Shown one piece after another: positions 53,257 through 64,000 of a stretch of DNA of 64,000 nucleotides. The position numbers and the translations under genes are program-made. The notes below the pieces were generated by a model. That model ran no database searches. It saw only the letters and a list, made by a program, of their open reading frames with translations, and was not told the origin of the DNA. Position 1 is the stretch's first letter; every line of letters starts with the position of its first letter. Source of the stretch: Eledone cirrhosa (taxonomy: Eukaryota); NCBI GenBank assembly GCA_964016885.1, contig OZ024745.1, positions 93,062,001-93,126,000 on the forward strand, written 5' to 3'.

Positions 53257-53377
53257 AGAATTCAACAAACACATTCTTTTCGTTGTTTTTGACAACAGCA
53301 TTGAAATTAGTACCCACTAAAATTTTTACTGGTTTAGCATCCCATTCTTCAGGGAGGTCAGCACTCATCATGTGTTG
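53257..53377 (-). CDS. P4HB: PDI exon (x-linker, start of a')
   Basis: [25 protein letters not shown]...KNVFVEF; AG/GTaagt. Confidence 0.96.
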
Positions 53378-54287
53378 CTACAAGAAAAAATATTGTATTG
53401 AATGTATTAATCTCAAAACAAATCAATTAAGAACATTTTAAAAATAAAATCATTCTAAGATTAATTCTCTCTTGTGTTATATATTTCAATTAAAAAACAA
53501 CTTCCAGATTCATTTATTTATTAAATTACTTTCATTTCTTTTTTTCCTCCTGAATATTCAGCCTGATAAGTTTGTTTAAAATTAAGACTAAAAAATATTT
53601 CATGTTCATCCATTTGCTACTAAGCTAGAATCAAGTAAAACCAAGGCATATGGCTTCCATTATTCTCAAAACTTCACTTCTAGACTGACAAATTCAATTA
53701 CAAACTGAAAAGCTTACATTATTAAGTTACCCACTTAAAGCTCCAATATGGCTACAAATCTAAATTACTGCAACTAACAACCAGTCAGTTAACAGCTAAT
53801 AGTTAAAATATTGTCAGTATTATACTTTCTCCTTGGTAAAACCATATGAACTAAAATGACAATGTAAATATGTGACACGGTAAGACATTTTACTGTTTTA
53901 ACAGTATGGCTTCAGTATAATTGACATTTTTTAAACCTGCTTTAGACAATGGTATCAAGATAAAGTCTTCAGTGGCATAAGACTTTTGAAAGAAGTTGGT
54001 TTTCCTTTAAACAAAGCATTTTCTAATACTCAATATAGTCTTAACCCATTAGCATTTAAACTGGCTGCATAAGACCAGAATTCTCTCACCTCTTTCTGTT
54101 TAAACAGGCTGTAACAAGCTGCTCATTCTTATGTTAAGGTATTGTTCTCAAAATAAATATCAAAATCTCAGATTCGATATTATGTGAGGTAAAGCCTTTT
54201 CCACAAATTCAATGATATATATATATATAGAGTAATGTAAATGCTAAAGGGTTAAAACTCCAAATCAAAAGAATAACATTGACATAC

Positions 54288-54488
54288 TTTTATTTTACCA
54301 TCCAAAAAGTCTTGCACAAACTTTGTCATTGATTCAGTTGTAAGGTCTGTGCTATCTGGTTTAAATTTAGACATTTCATCATCCAAACGAATGAGTCTGA
54401 TAGATGGACATTCTTCTTCCTTTAGACCAAAGAACTCCAAGATCCTCATGTTGTCTTCATCTTCAATATCAATATTGATAAATAAAAC
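54288..54488 (-). CDS. P4HB: PDI exon (b' domain)
   Basis: [35 protein letters not shown]...FLDGKIK; AG/GTatgt. Confidence 0.96.
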
Positions 54489-54750
54489 CTGAAATCAGAT
54501 TTAGAATAATTAATGTAACAGTTTTTCTAATGTTAAATTACTGAAATCTTGGGAAATGTAATCAAGAATTTTACTTTACTTTTACAAATTCTGCTTAGTT
54601 AAAGATAAATCAACAGCACTGAAACATGCTAATTGAAAGAATACACAGGTTTAAATACACATGCCCAACTTCTAAATACACGACCAAACACACAGATCTA
54701 AATACACGCCCAGCTAACACACACATCTAAATATATGCCCAAATACATAC

Positions 54751-54873
54751 CTTTCCTTTGAATGCTTTAGCAACAGCTTTGAAAGAATCAAGAAGATTTT
54801 CTGGCTTTGTAGATTTTTTCAAAAACAGTAGAAGGTGGTTTTTGATATCTCCACTGAATATTTTCTGAGCAGA
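54751..54873 (-). CDS. P4HB: PDI exon (b' domain)
   Basis: SAQKIFSGDIKNHLLLFL...AVAKAFKGK; AG/GTatgt. Confidence 0.95.
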
Positions 54874-55882
54874 CTGAAAATAAAATGAAACAAACATTAT
54901 TTTGAAGCTACTGGATGTATGAAACCTATCAGCTGTGTTTTATTTCATAAATATATTATATTAAAGTTGGTGTGAATGTGACATAAAAAGTGGCACACTG
55001 GGGAACATATGGATGGCATGACTGGGTTCACAAATAGAGAGAGTGATGCAGCAGCAATGCAAAAAATTAATTTTTTAACCTCATGTCTTTATGGAGAGAG
55101 AGAGAGAGAGAAAGAAAGAGAAAGAGAGAGAAATAAAGAGAAAGAGAGAGAGAGAGAAAGAAAGAGAAAGAGAGAGAGAGAGAGAGAAACAGTAAGTAGA
55201 GAAATTGTCATTTTATGTCCACTTTCAAAGCTGAAATGAATTGGACAGGCCATCATGGTCTGTGACTAGACATGTTGCAGGACCACATCTTGCTCATATG
55301 TCCAATATTTTGGCAAGACTTCTATTGCTGGATGCCCTTCTTAACACCAATTACTTGGTGTATTTGATCATGACATCAGCACATTAAATACTTTCAAACT
55401 AATGAACCTTTCTGTATCACAAGAAATAATTTCTTACACTAGCACAAAGTTTCAGATTTATTGGTTAATATTTTCTCAATTGTATAAATGATAGAGGCGG
55501 TGAATTGGTAGAGTCATTAAGACGTCAGATAGCATGCTTTACAGTATTCATCCCACCTCTTTGCACGCTCTGAAATCAAATCCCACCAGGGTCAGATTTG
55601 CCTTTCATCCTTTCGAGGTTGATAAAAGCAAGTACCAGTCCAGTACTGGGGTCGATTCTTCCATATAGAAAAAAATCGGCTGTGTTCAGACCTGGAGAGG
55701 GTTGGGCTCCACCAGGTTTAAAAGTGCCCTAGAAACGCTGTATGATGGTGCCCCTCCTACTCCACAAGGAGTTATGGGATCTTTATCCTTATAAATGATA
55801 AATAAAAAGAAATGACAGCTAGAAATTTTAAGAGCAGTAAGTTCACAAAGACTTATCTATCCTTCAAAATATTGCTGTTTAA

Positions 55883-57321
55883 CCCTTTAGCATTCACATT
55901 GAATTGTCAAATGTCATGTTCATCTATTTGCATTATTTTCACTTAATTATACTCAAAAGGGTTATCAATTTTATTTGTTTGTAATTACTTTAATTTTCTA
56001 TGTGCAGACTTGAAATTTTGTCAGTAGATGTTTAAATAACTATAATTTACAATTATATATTTTTACCTGATTTTTTTGTTAAATTTGACTTTTATGGGCA
56101 GGTGAAATTAATTAACAGGTGTAAAAGTAATAACTTTATGGATAAACACAAAAATTTAAACTTTATCTGCCTTATCTGTTAGATTTGTTGCAAAAAAAAT
56201 CCAATAATGATCTAGATGCTGATTTCCATCAATTCTAGCAGTTTTCCGAACAGGTGAATTAATTAAAAATGCAGGTGTAATCAGTACAAGGTTTTAGTCT
56301 TTCTCTACATTCCAGGCAAATATTTTCATTGAAAAAAAATGTATAAAACCTTTTCACCAGTCAAAATAATATTGGCAATGCACTCTGTAAATGTACGGTG
56401 TAAAATTACGTAACAGAAAGTTTCCAATATATAAGTTTATACACACTTAAATTTTTCTGACATTTCAATTAATAGTCGTGTACAGTGGGTCGTAATTTGA
56501 TTCATTTCTACCAGGGGCATTTGAAGTATCAACCAGGTGCAAATACTGGTTTAATTTGATGAATCTCGTTTTTGCCACAATACTAGATATATAAGGGTCA
56601 CCAAACCTTATATCAGTACTCCAATAATTCCACAGTCGTGGAAATTGTTTAATACCAAACATAATATTTATGGTAAAAAACGCTTTAATTTCGGCAGAAT
56701 CTGTCGGACGCCATAACAGATCGGGTTTTCCAATATTAAAAATTTGTCGTTGTGCATAGCGATTTGCCACAACTTCGAAGAAAGTTTGTGGTAAAAATAA
56801 AAAATAATAATCCAGTGCTTTAGCATCGGGTGGTAATGTGTGTTGTGGTCCAATATTTTCAGTAAAATCCAAAACATGTATTGATGTTTCTTTCAACCAC
56901 ATTGGTGTTTTTTCAATGGTGTCAGTCAAATCTTCTTTCACTTTCAAAGTGACTATCAGATATATATATCAGAAATAAATATATCTGATTCGTTTGAAGA
57001 TAAATCACTGATATTATCTTCTGTTTCTTTTTGATCTCCAATGTCGTCGGACGTAAAACCTTCAAATTCGTTGTCGCTACTTTCGGAAGCCATGTTACAC
57101 TTTCAACATTAAAAACACGTGTTTTCGCAAGTTCTTTAACTATACTAAGAGCTAATTTTCGTGCGTAAGGGCTTTATCTCGCAGTAATCTCGAATTGACG
57201 AGATTTCGATGATGTCAATGTTTATTTTTACAAGGAGATCTCCATGTGTTATTAATGTCGGTTTTTGTCGGTTTGAATAAATGAAAGGGGACATAATATT
57301 GTCGGTTTGAATGCTAAAGGG
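55883..57321 (-). mobile_element. Internally deleted piggyBac (PGBD4-like transposase N-terminal remnant)
   Basis: TTAA|CCCTTTAGCATTCA...TGAATGCTAAAGGG|TTAA; ATG at 57093 (MASESSDNEFEGF), frameshift, then ORF 56465-56947 (WRPTDSAEIKAFF...YWS...RFIKLNQYLHL...DPLY); DDD core absent. Confidence 0.92.
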
Positions 57322-57351
57322 TTAACCATATCATTTTCAAATAATACTTAC

Positions 57352-57456
57352 TTCCTGGTTGAACTCAATAACCAAGGGTAGTTTATTAGCTGTCACAAAT
57401 GCTTCAATATTTTTTGCTGAAACTTTTCCATCAAACTGAACTTGTCCATCATCAAA
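57352..57456 (-). CDS. P4HB: PDI exon
   Basis: FDDGQVQFDGKVSAKNIEAFVTANKLPLVIEFNQE; ttcAG/GTaagt. Confidence 0.95.
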
Positions 57457-60129
57457 CTGAAAATATAAACAGAAAATTTGAAAACTTAATTGTTATAGAA
57501 TTACACACAAACTAGTTTAAGATGTCACAATCTATGTTTTTTCTCTCCTTACAACCCTGATAAAGACCACACAATGGAGTCAGTATTCACAGACAAGTTT
57601 TTATCCTTATTTTTGTGTTATATTTCTATTATGTAGGATTTATAAATAAAACATAATTCATTACATAGCTCCCAGTATCTTTCATCTATAAAAAAAAATA
57701 ATTATATATTACTGGACAAACCCAACTAAAAACGAAAAAAAAAAAAAAAAAAAATAAGCTGAATTTATGTCAGTTATGTAAGACACTTTGTATCAGGAAA
57801 TTATTTTATCAAACATCAGTGACGCTACGTTAGTGCTGCTACTAATTTAATATGTCTGTTGGTCATTACATGTCAAACAAATAGTTGAAGGTTAGAGTTA
57901 ATCAGAGTAATTATAGTTAACGAAGAATATTGAATTTTGCAAGAATTATTATTCTTTAAAAGACAAAGGTCACTTGTTAAATCATGCAATGATGGAACCA
58001 TATTGGAAATATATTTAGACAGACAAAGGGAAGGAACATTGATGAGTGGTTGGTTGTATCTATCAAAGAACTAGTTAGAGGCCATCATCCTAAAATCCTA
58101 AATCACAGCAATTGTATGACCATTAGCTGTGAAGTAGCAAAGTCCCTGAAGCTACATGACATGAAGAAGGTGAAATAGTGAATTGCCTTAAAACAGAAAC
58201 CAGATATTAGTAGAAGAGGAAATTAGAATTTTTAGCAACGTCCAGTTACTTTTAATGTTATAAATCAGTAAGAAATACTAATGAAAACATTGGTTTAGAT
58301 ACTTGACATGTGATTGTGGGTGAATTGAAGTGTTTTACTATGTAACATCAGTGGCGATGTGAAAGAGAATAGTAAAAATTTAGACCTCTAACCTCATTTT
58401 TTTAAATTTTATGTTATATTTAAATTGAAATAGTTCATTTGAAATATAGCAGGGAATAAAAGAAAAAAAATGGCAAACTTGATCAATATTTACTATAAAA
58501 TCCATAACATCTGCTTTTAGTGTAGAACGATTACAAATTTCTGGATTAAATTTTTATAACAATCACAACAATAGATATAGCATCCAGTTTTAAATCACAT
58601 GAAACAGCTGTAAAACACCAATAAAACAAAATCTGCCATCAAAGAAGCTTCCTAAGTGGTCACTTCACCTGCTAGAAATAGCAGCCAATTTTCTTTCAAA
58701 TTGCACATCTTAGAAATAGACACATTGGATAGTGAGATCCTGGGTTCTCTGCACATAAAAAAAGACAGGATGGTCAATGCTGGGTTTTTATCATGTTTGC
58801 TTAAGCAGGAATGATCTGGGGGCTAAACAATGGCAAAGCTGATAATACATTGTAAAGAAAAACCAGGGAATGTGAAGGAAGAAGCAATTACAGCAGACCT
58901 GAAAACACTTCACAGAAGAGATTGTGTACAACTACGTATATAAAGTTGTATTGTAAATCTAGCTAGCCCATTATGTTATAGGATTCATGGAGTAATTGAT
59001 AGATAAAATAATTGTTTCTATTTTTGGCACAAAGCCAGCAATTACCCAGTACATTACTGGTACTTTATTTTATCGACCCCGTAAGGATGAAAGGCAAAGT
59101 TAACCTCAGCGGGATTTGAACTCAATCATAAAGGGACGTAACTATACTTCAAAGCATGGCGTCCGACTCTCTACCGATACTGCCAATCCACCGCCCTTGG
59201 TAGATAAAATTGATAGATAAAATAATGAAGTATTTTTTTCCATACAAATAAACAATTTATATAAAAAAAGAGAAAAAAATGTGAAAATACTTAATCCCAG
59301 ACTAATAAAAGAATGTTTTATGATTCCTTTGTGCATGCTACAAGAATTGATAACAAAAATATTACCATTATAACTTGATTTTAATGGCCATGTCAGAAAA
59401 CTCAAAACATGCATAATAGTATGCAAAGTGGCTATGATTAAGACTTCAAGATTATTTTTTTTAAAGCTTATGACAATGATTTGCAATAGAAACTTCAGTT
59501 AGCCAATCACCAGCTCAAAGTAGGGTTAAGAAAATTGAATTGAATTTAAATTTAACAGAAAATAAAATAAGCAAATTGTTGTGAACATTAACATTAAATA
59601 GTTTTATGATGAGGTATGTACATATCAGCATAAATGGATGTTTAGACACTAAGTTAAGAACAAAGAAAACTTTTTTAAATAATGAAAGACAGTATAAAAA
59701 TTCAAAGATCCTTCTGATCTAAACTTAGGGAAGCCTTAGGCAATAAAGAAAAGTTACAGATATATGACTAAGAAACAACCAGATATAATCCAATAATCAA
59801 TTGTTTGGAAAGAATAAGAACCCTGTAAGGCAGCAAATGACATAACGGTAGACTTATACAGTGGTTAGGTTTAGAAGGGGTAAGTAACAAGCCTGGGAGA
59901 AAGCATGGAAGAATATCAAGAAGTTAGGAAATACTATGTCATAATAGGTTTGGTGCTGCAAGGATGAAAAGTGTGGAGTGTTCTAAATTACACTAAAACT
60001 ATGTTTGTATAATTTAAAATGACATTGGAGAGGTGTGAATACCACTAGTGCACTTATTCTTAGTGATAGTAAAAAAAAAAAGAAAAACTGCAGATATGTC
60101 TGCGCTGTTGTGTGAAATTATTCAATGAG

Positions 60130-60400
60130 AAATAAGTGTTGAATATTAAGGGACTACCTTCAGTAGAAACAACAGAAGGACCATTTGAGGTTAGCTTCAG
60201 TATGGTTAGTAAATCTGTTAAAGAAATGAAGGCAAAGAAAGCAGCAAGCCCGTCAGAAATAGTTGCTGGGATGTTGAAAGCCTTGGGCTGTGTTAGTTAC
60301 ATGCTAGTCATTCAGTTAATCAGGAGGTACAGGAAGGTGCTAAACCCAATGATTGGGTTACCAGTATCATCATGAACTGTTAGAAGTGCAAAGGAGAGTC
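60130..60400 (+). mobile_element. Degraded RTE fragment
   Basis: LPSVETTEGP...EMKAKKAASPSEIVAGMLKA. Confidence 0.75.
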
Positions 60401-61248
60401 CACTGTTGCAAGCATTTGGGTTAGGTCTCTGGTTTGAGGATACCTCCCTCCCTCTCTCCGTCCATTTTTTAAGGTTCCTGAAAAGAGTCATGGATACTGC
60501 ACTTCCTCTTGACTAACAGAAAATATCCTCAAAGCTTAAAGCAACATAGTAACTTTAATGTCTTTTTTTTTTAAGGATGAATCAAAAGTTTAGTTTATTA
60601 GTTTATTCTCATTATGTCAGTATTGCTGTGAACTTTCTATTATGTGAGTTTATGGAAAATTGACATAGCATTCAGCTATTGTGAATAAGCCGGAAATATT
60701 CTGTTATTTGAAGTCAATCTATACTTTTATTAATGATGATGAAACTTCTGAAAATTATTTCAAAGATTTTCTGATTTCGAGCTTAGGCAATGATTTTTTG
60801 CTAGTTTCACTTGTGAAATAAAAACAAAATTGACAATGAAAACCAAGGCATTAATGAAACATCAATAAAAATGATATGTATGAGTATTTATGACTTTATC
60901 AAGAGAAAGTGAAACTCTTTTGCATTCATCTTAAGCAACCAAGTAGAATTCTTGTGGCTCAAGCAGAATATAGAGTTTTTATTGATTCAACAACAAAAAT
61001 AAAGTGTTTATATGTAATTAAATGCTTTCTCAGTTTTAGTTAAATTGATATAGGATTCCATGAAAATTAATCCAACTAAAATATTCCAATTTTTTTATAG
61101 TGTTCAGAGAAAGATAAAAGTTTGACAGTTTTTGTATCTTAAAATCTAATTAATTATACATCAACTTACAGAAATATATATTAATGTATAATGAATTTCA
61201 CACACACACACAGAGACAAAGTATAAATGAAGGATTTAAAAAACACAC

Positions 61249-61386
61249 CTTTTTAAAGAGAATAATAGCATCCTTTTCAAGTCCATGTTCTTTGAAGATA
61301 TCAGCATTGCTAGTGATAGCAAAGGCAACATCATCAATGCTTGCAGCTGCATCTGTATAGGCTTTAGCATCAGCTGAATCAACATC
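61249..61386 (-). CDS. P4HB: Protein disulfide-isomerase exon (b domain); upstream exons outside window
   Basis: DVDSADAKAYTDAAASIDDVAFAITSNADIFKEHGLEKDAIILFKK, 138 nt, AG/GT flanks; resembles human PDI DVESDSAKQF...VVLFKK. Confidence 0.93.
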
Positions 61387-63599
61387 CTTTTACATGAATA
61401 AAAATAAAAAGTAGAAATTATTCAACAAAATCTATAAAGTCTAAATATTCAATTAAAACTCTATATACATCTTATATATTTTCTAAGAAAAAAAAAAACC
61501 AATACAGGTTATATGAAAATAACTTGTTCTAGAATAAAGATTTAAATGAAATTCAGATAAAATTTAGAGAACAACTACACAAAATACACAGTACATCTTA
61601 TGATTGAAAGTATTCAAATGTGTAGTGCTAAGCAACTGAGGTATATCATGCAAGGTTATAAATAGTTCTTGTTAGTCATTATATGGAATCCAAGTGAAAC
61701 TTGCTTTATATTAGCTTATCTAACAGACAACAGGAGCCATATTCAACAGTTGACACTAAATAAAGTCATCTATAATTATATTTGCTACAAAAATTCAATG
61801 GTAAATAAATTTAAAAAGAAAAAAACTGTATAACCCCTGATAATATGAAAAGATAACTTATTTTATCTTTGGTTCATTAACTATTTTGATAAATTGCCTG
61901 AAATTGCCCCTAGTTCCAAACTACAAAGATGTCTATGAATCAAAGTTCTTTATTTAAAGTGTTTATATTTATCTAAAAACTGTCCATCATAATTTTATGC
62001 AAGTACCTTTATGTTCAAAATTTCAGATTAATAAAAAAAAAAAAGTATTACTAATTCCCTACAAATTCTTTACCATTTTCAAAGTGATTTTAAAGTTACA
62101 AAAGCAGTGTCTTATTAGAAATATGGTGACTAAACAGTTAAAATTGGAAGGACTCAAACATCTAAGAATATTTTATTTGAAATATTTAAATAAAATGTAA
62201 CATTCTGTCTGGATTATTTTTAATTCAGCCAATATCTCATTTATGAACCAAATTATTTTTAGTTCAAATAGAAATTGAAAAGCATTTCCATGTGAAACTA
62301 AAATAAAACCTATTGATTTATTCTGAATAGGCAGAAAGCCAATTATATTACAGAAGGGATATAGTTCATCTTAGTATATTACTAATACCAAGTTTACTGG
62401 TCACAGCAGAGTTCAAGCAGACAAATTAACTCTTTAGCATTTAAACCAGCCATATCCGGCCAGAATCTCACCTCTCTCTGTTCAAACTGGCCACTCATTA
62501 TGGTATTGTTCTCAAAATAAATATCAAAATCTCAGATTCAATATTATGAAGTAAAGCCTTTACCATGAAAATACAATAGTATATATAGAGTAATGTAAAT
62601 GCTAAAGGGTTAAAAAAAATGAAGAGTATCTTTTCATTAATATTTGCTACACTTAAGATCAACATTTAAGACCTTCAACAGTACGCTAACATTAGATTGG
62701 CCATTTAATCATATCATTAAGCAGATCAAATCTGATACCAGCTGCTTAAAACTACAGTGCTATTCTCACAAAATACTGAATATCTTTTTTACAATGAATC
62801 TGCCTATATTCAAAGTGAAACCTTTCAACTTTATGAGAAAATATTACCACTAAACTAACAATATTTACTAACATTCTGTCAAATATTTTCAGTTCTAACA
62901 GAGCTTTTGCAACAGAACAAAACAACTGAATGTATAATCATAAACTATTAATTTCTATGAATAAGGAGTTGAAATTTGCAGTTTCTAAGTAGGACACTTA
63001 ATTCTATCATATCTCGGTTAACTTTGTTTTGAAAAATAGATACCATATCTTCCAAGAGTTGGCCAACCATAAGACCAAATATCCTATTTAATGAGATATT
63101 TGCCCTCACTGCTTAACTCATTATACCTCTTGTAATGATTTAGTAGGGAATATACAAAACTTTTAATTCAAAATTAACTTGATTTAAGACGATTTTGTTA
63201 TTTTTACTAGTGGATAGATTGTTGTGAAAATTTGCAGTATCATAGCAAGACCTTTATTTTTTCATGTGATGCAGTCAGAGCTGTTTTATACTTTCCAAGA
63301 CTGTATTGCTAATGCAATTCCATGCAGCACAGGACCTAAAGAGTTAATGCTACAAACACCAGAGTTAAATACTAGATATATAAATCATTGTAATAAGTTA
63401 AAGAATTAACTTCTTTTTCTTAAATAAGAACAATATTGAAAGAGTTGGTTGTTGTAAAAAAACTGGTTGTTGTAAAAAAAAATATATATGTAAAAAAAAA
63501 TATATTAAGGTAAAGTTTGCAAATAAGATTTTAATTTAACTACAATATAATATTCCCGCAACCATTTTGGCCGAAAAAAATTATGCCAGATTAAATTTC

Positions 63600-64000
63600 G
63601 GGATTGGCATCTCTCTCTCTCGGCCTACTGAAATCGCCTCTCACCCTCTCACTCTCACTATCATATACGCTGCTCTCTGTTGCGGCCGCGGATGGTCAAC
63701 ATAACCACAACCCCATCAACCTCACCCCACCCTGCATCCCACCCACCAAACGCAATCCAAAACTTCAGAGTTGGTACCATGAATGTAGGGACCTTAAAAG
63801 GCCGCTCAAACGAGGTTGTAGAAATGCTTGAACGTAAGGAGGTTGATGTCTGCTGCATCCAAGAGACCAGGTGGAGGGGCGGTTCTGCTAGATTCATTGT
63901 GGGTAAAAAACGATGCTATAAGCTTTTCTGGGTGGGAAATGACAATGGGATGGGTGGGTGGGGTAGGAATCATGTTAGCAGAAAAATGGGTGGATAAGAT
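63600..64000 (+). mobile_element. RTE LINE 5' end with AP-endonuclease start; runs off the window
   Basis: FRVGTMNVGTLKGRSNEVVEMLERKEVDVCCIQETRWRG. Confidence 0.9.

Overview
AT-rich, repeat-dense animal genomic DNA. The repeat repertoire (RTE LINEs with (GAT)n tails, CORE/Meta-type tRNA SINEs, long TA microsatellites) suggests a cephalopod such as Octopus; this is an inference. Two spliced genes converge tail to tail. On the + strand is a FERRY3/C12orf4 orthologue with 11 coding exons from 7280 to 43492; its first coding exon was not found in the window. On the - strand is protein disulfide-isomerase (P4HB-like), with the last 8 coding exons from 61386 down to 51223, the second WCGHCK site and a C-terminal HVEL; its 5' exons lie beyond the window. 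Introns carry RTE, Vingi/Ingi, CR1, RLE-type LINE and Penelope-like remnants, a non-autonomous LTR element, a Helitron, a deleted piggyBac with matching MITEs, hAT-type MITEs, SINEs and minisatellites. The most striking signal is a set of at least five unrelated hammerhead-ribozyme motifs, some in fold-back units and all close to TA tracts, inside FERRY3 introns; one has an intact core. Other notable items are tail-to-tail retroposon palindromes, a minisatellite that multiplies a splice donor, a PHD finger inserted in the RTE reverse transcriptase, and a possible piggyBac exon trap in the PDI gene. All coordinates were read by eye. Exon boundaries were checked for phase; repeat boundaries are approximate.
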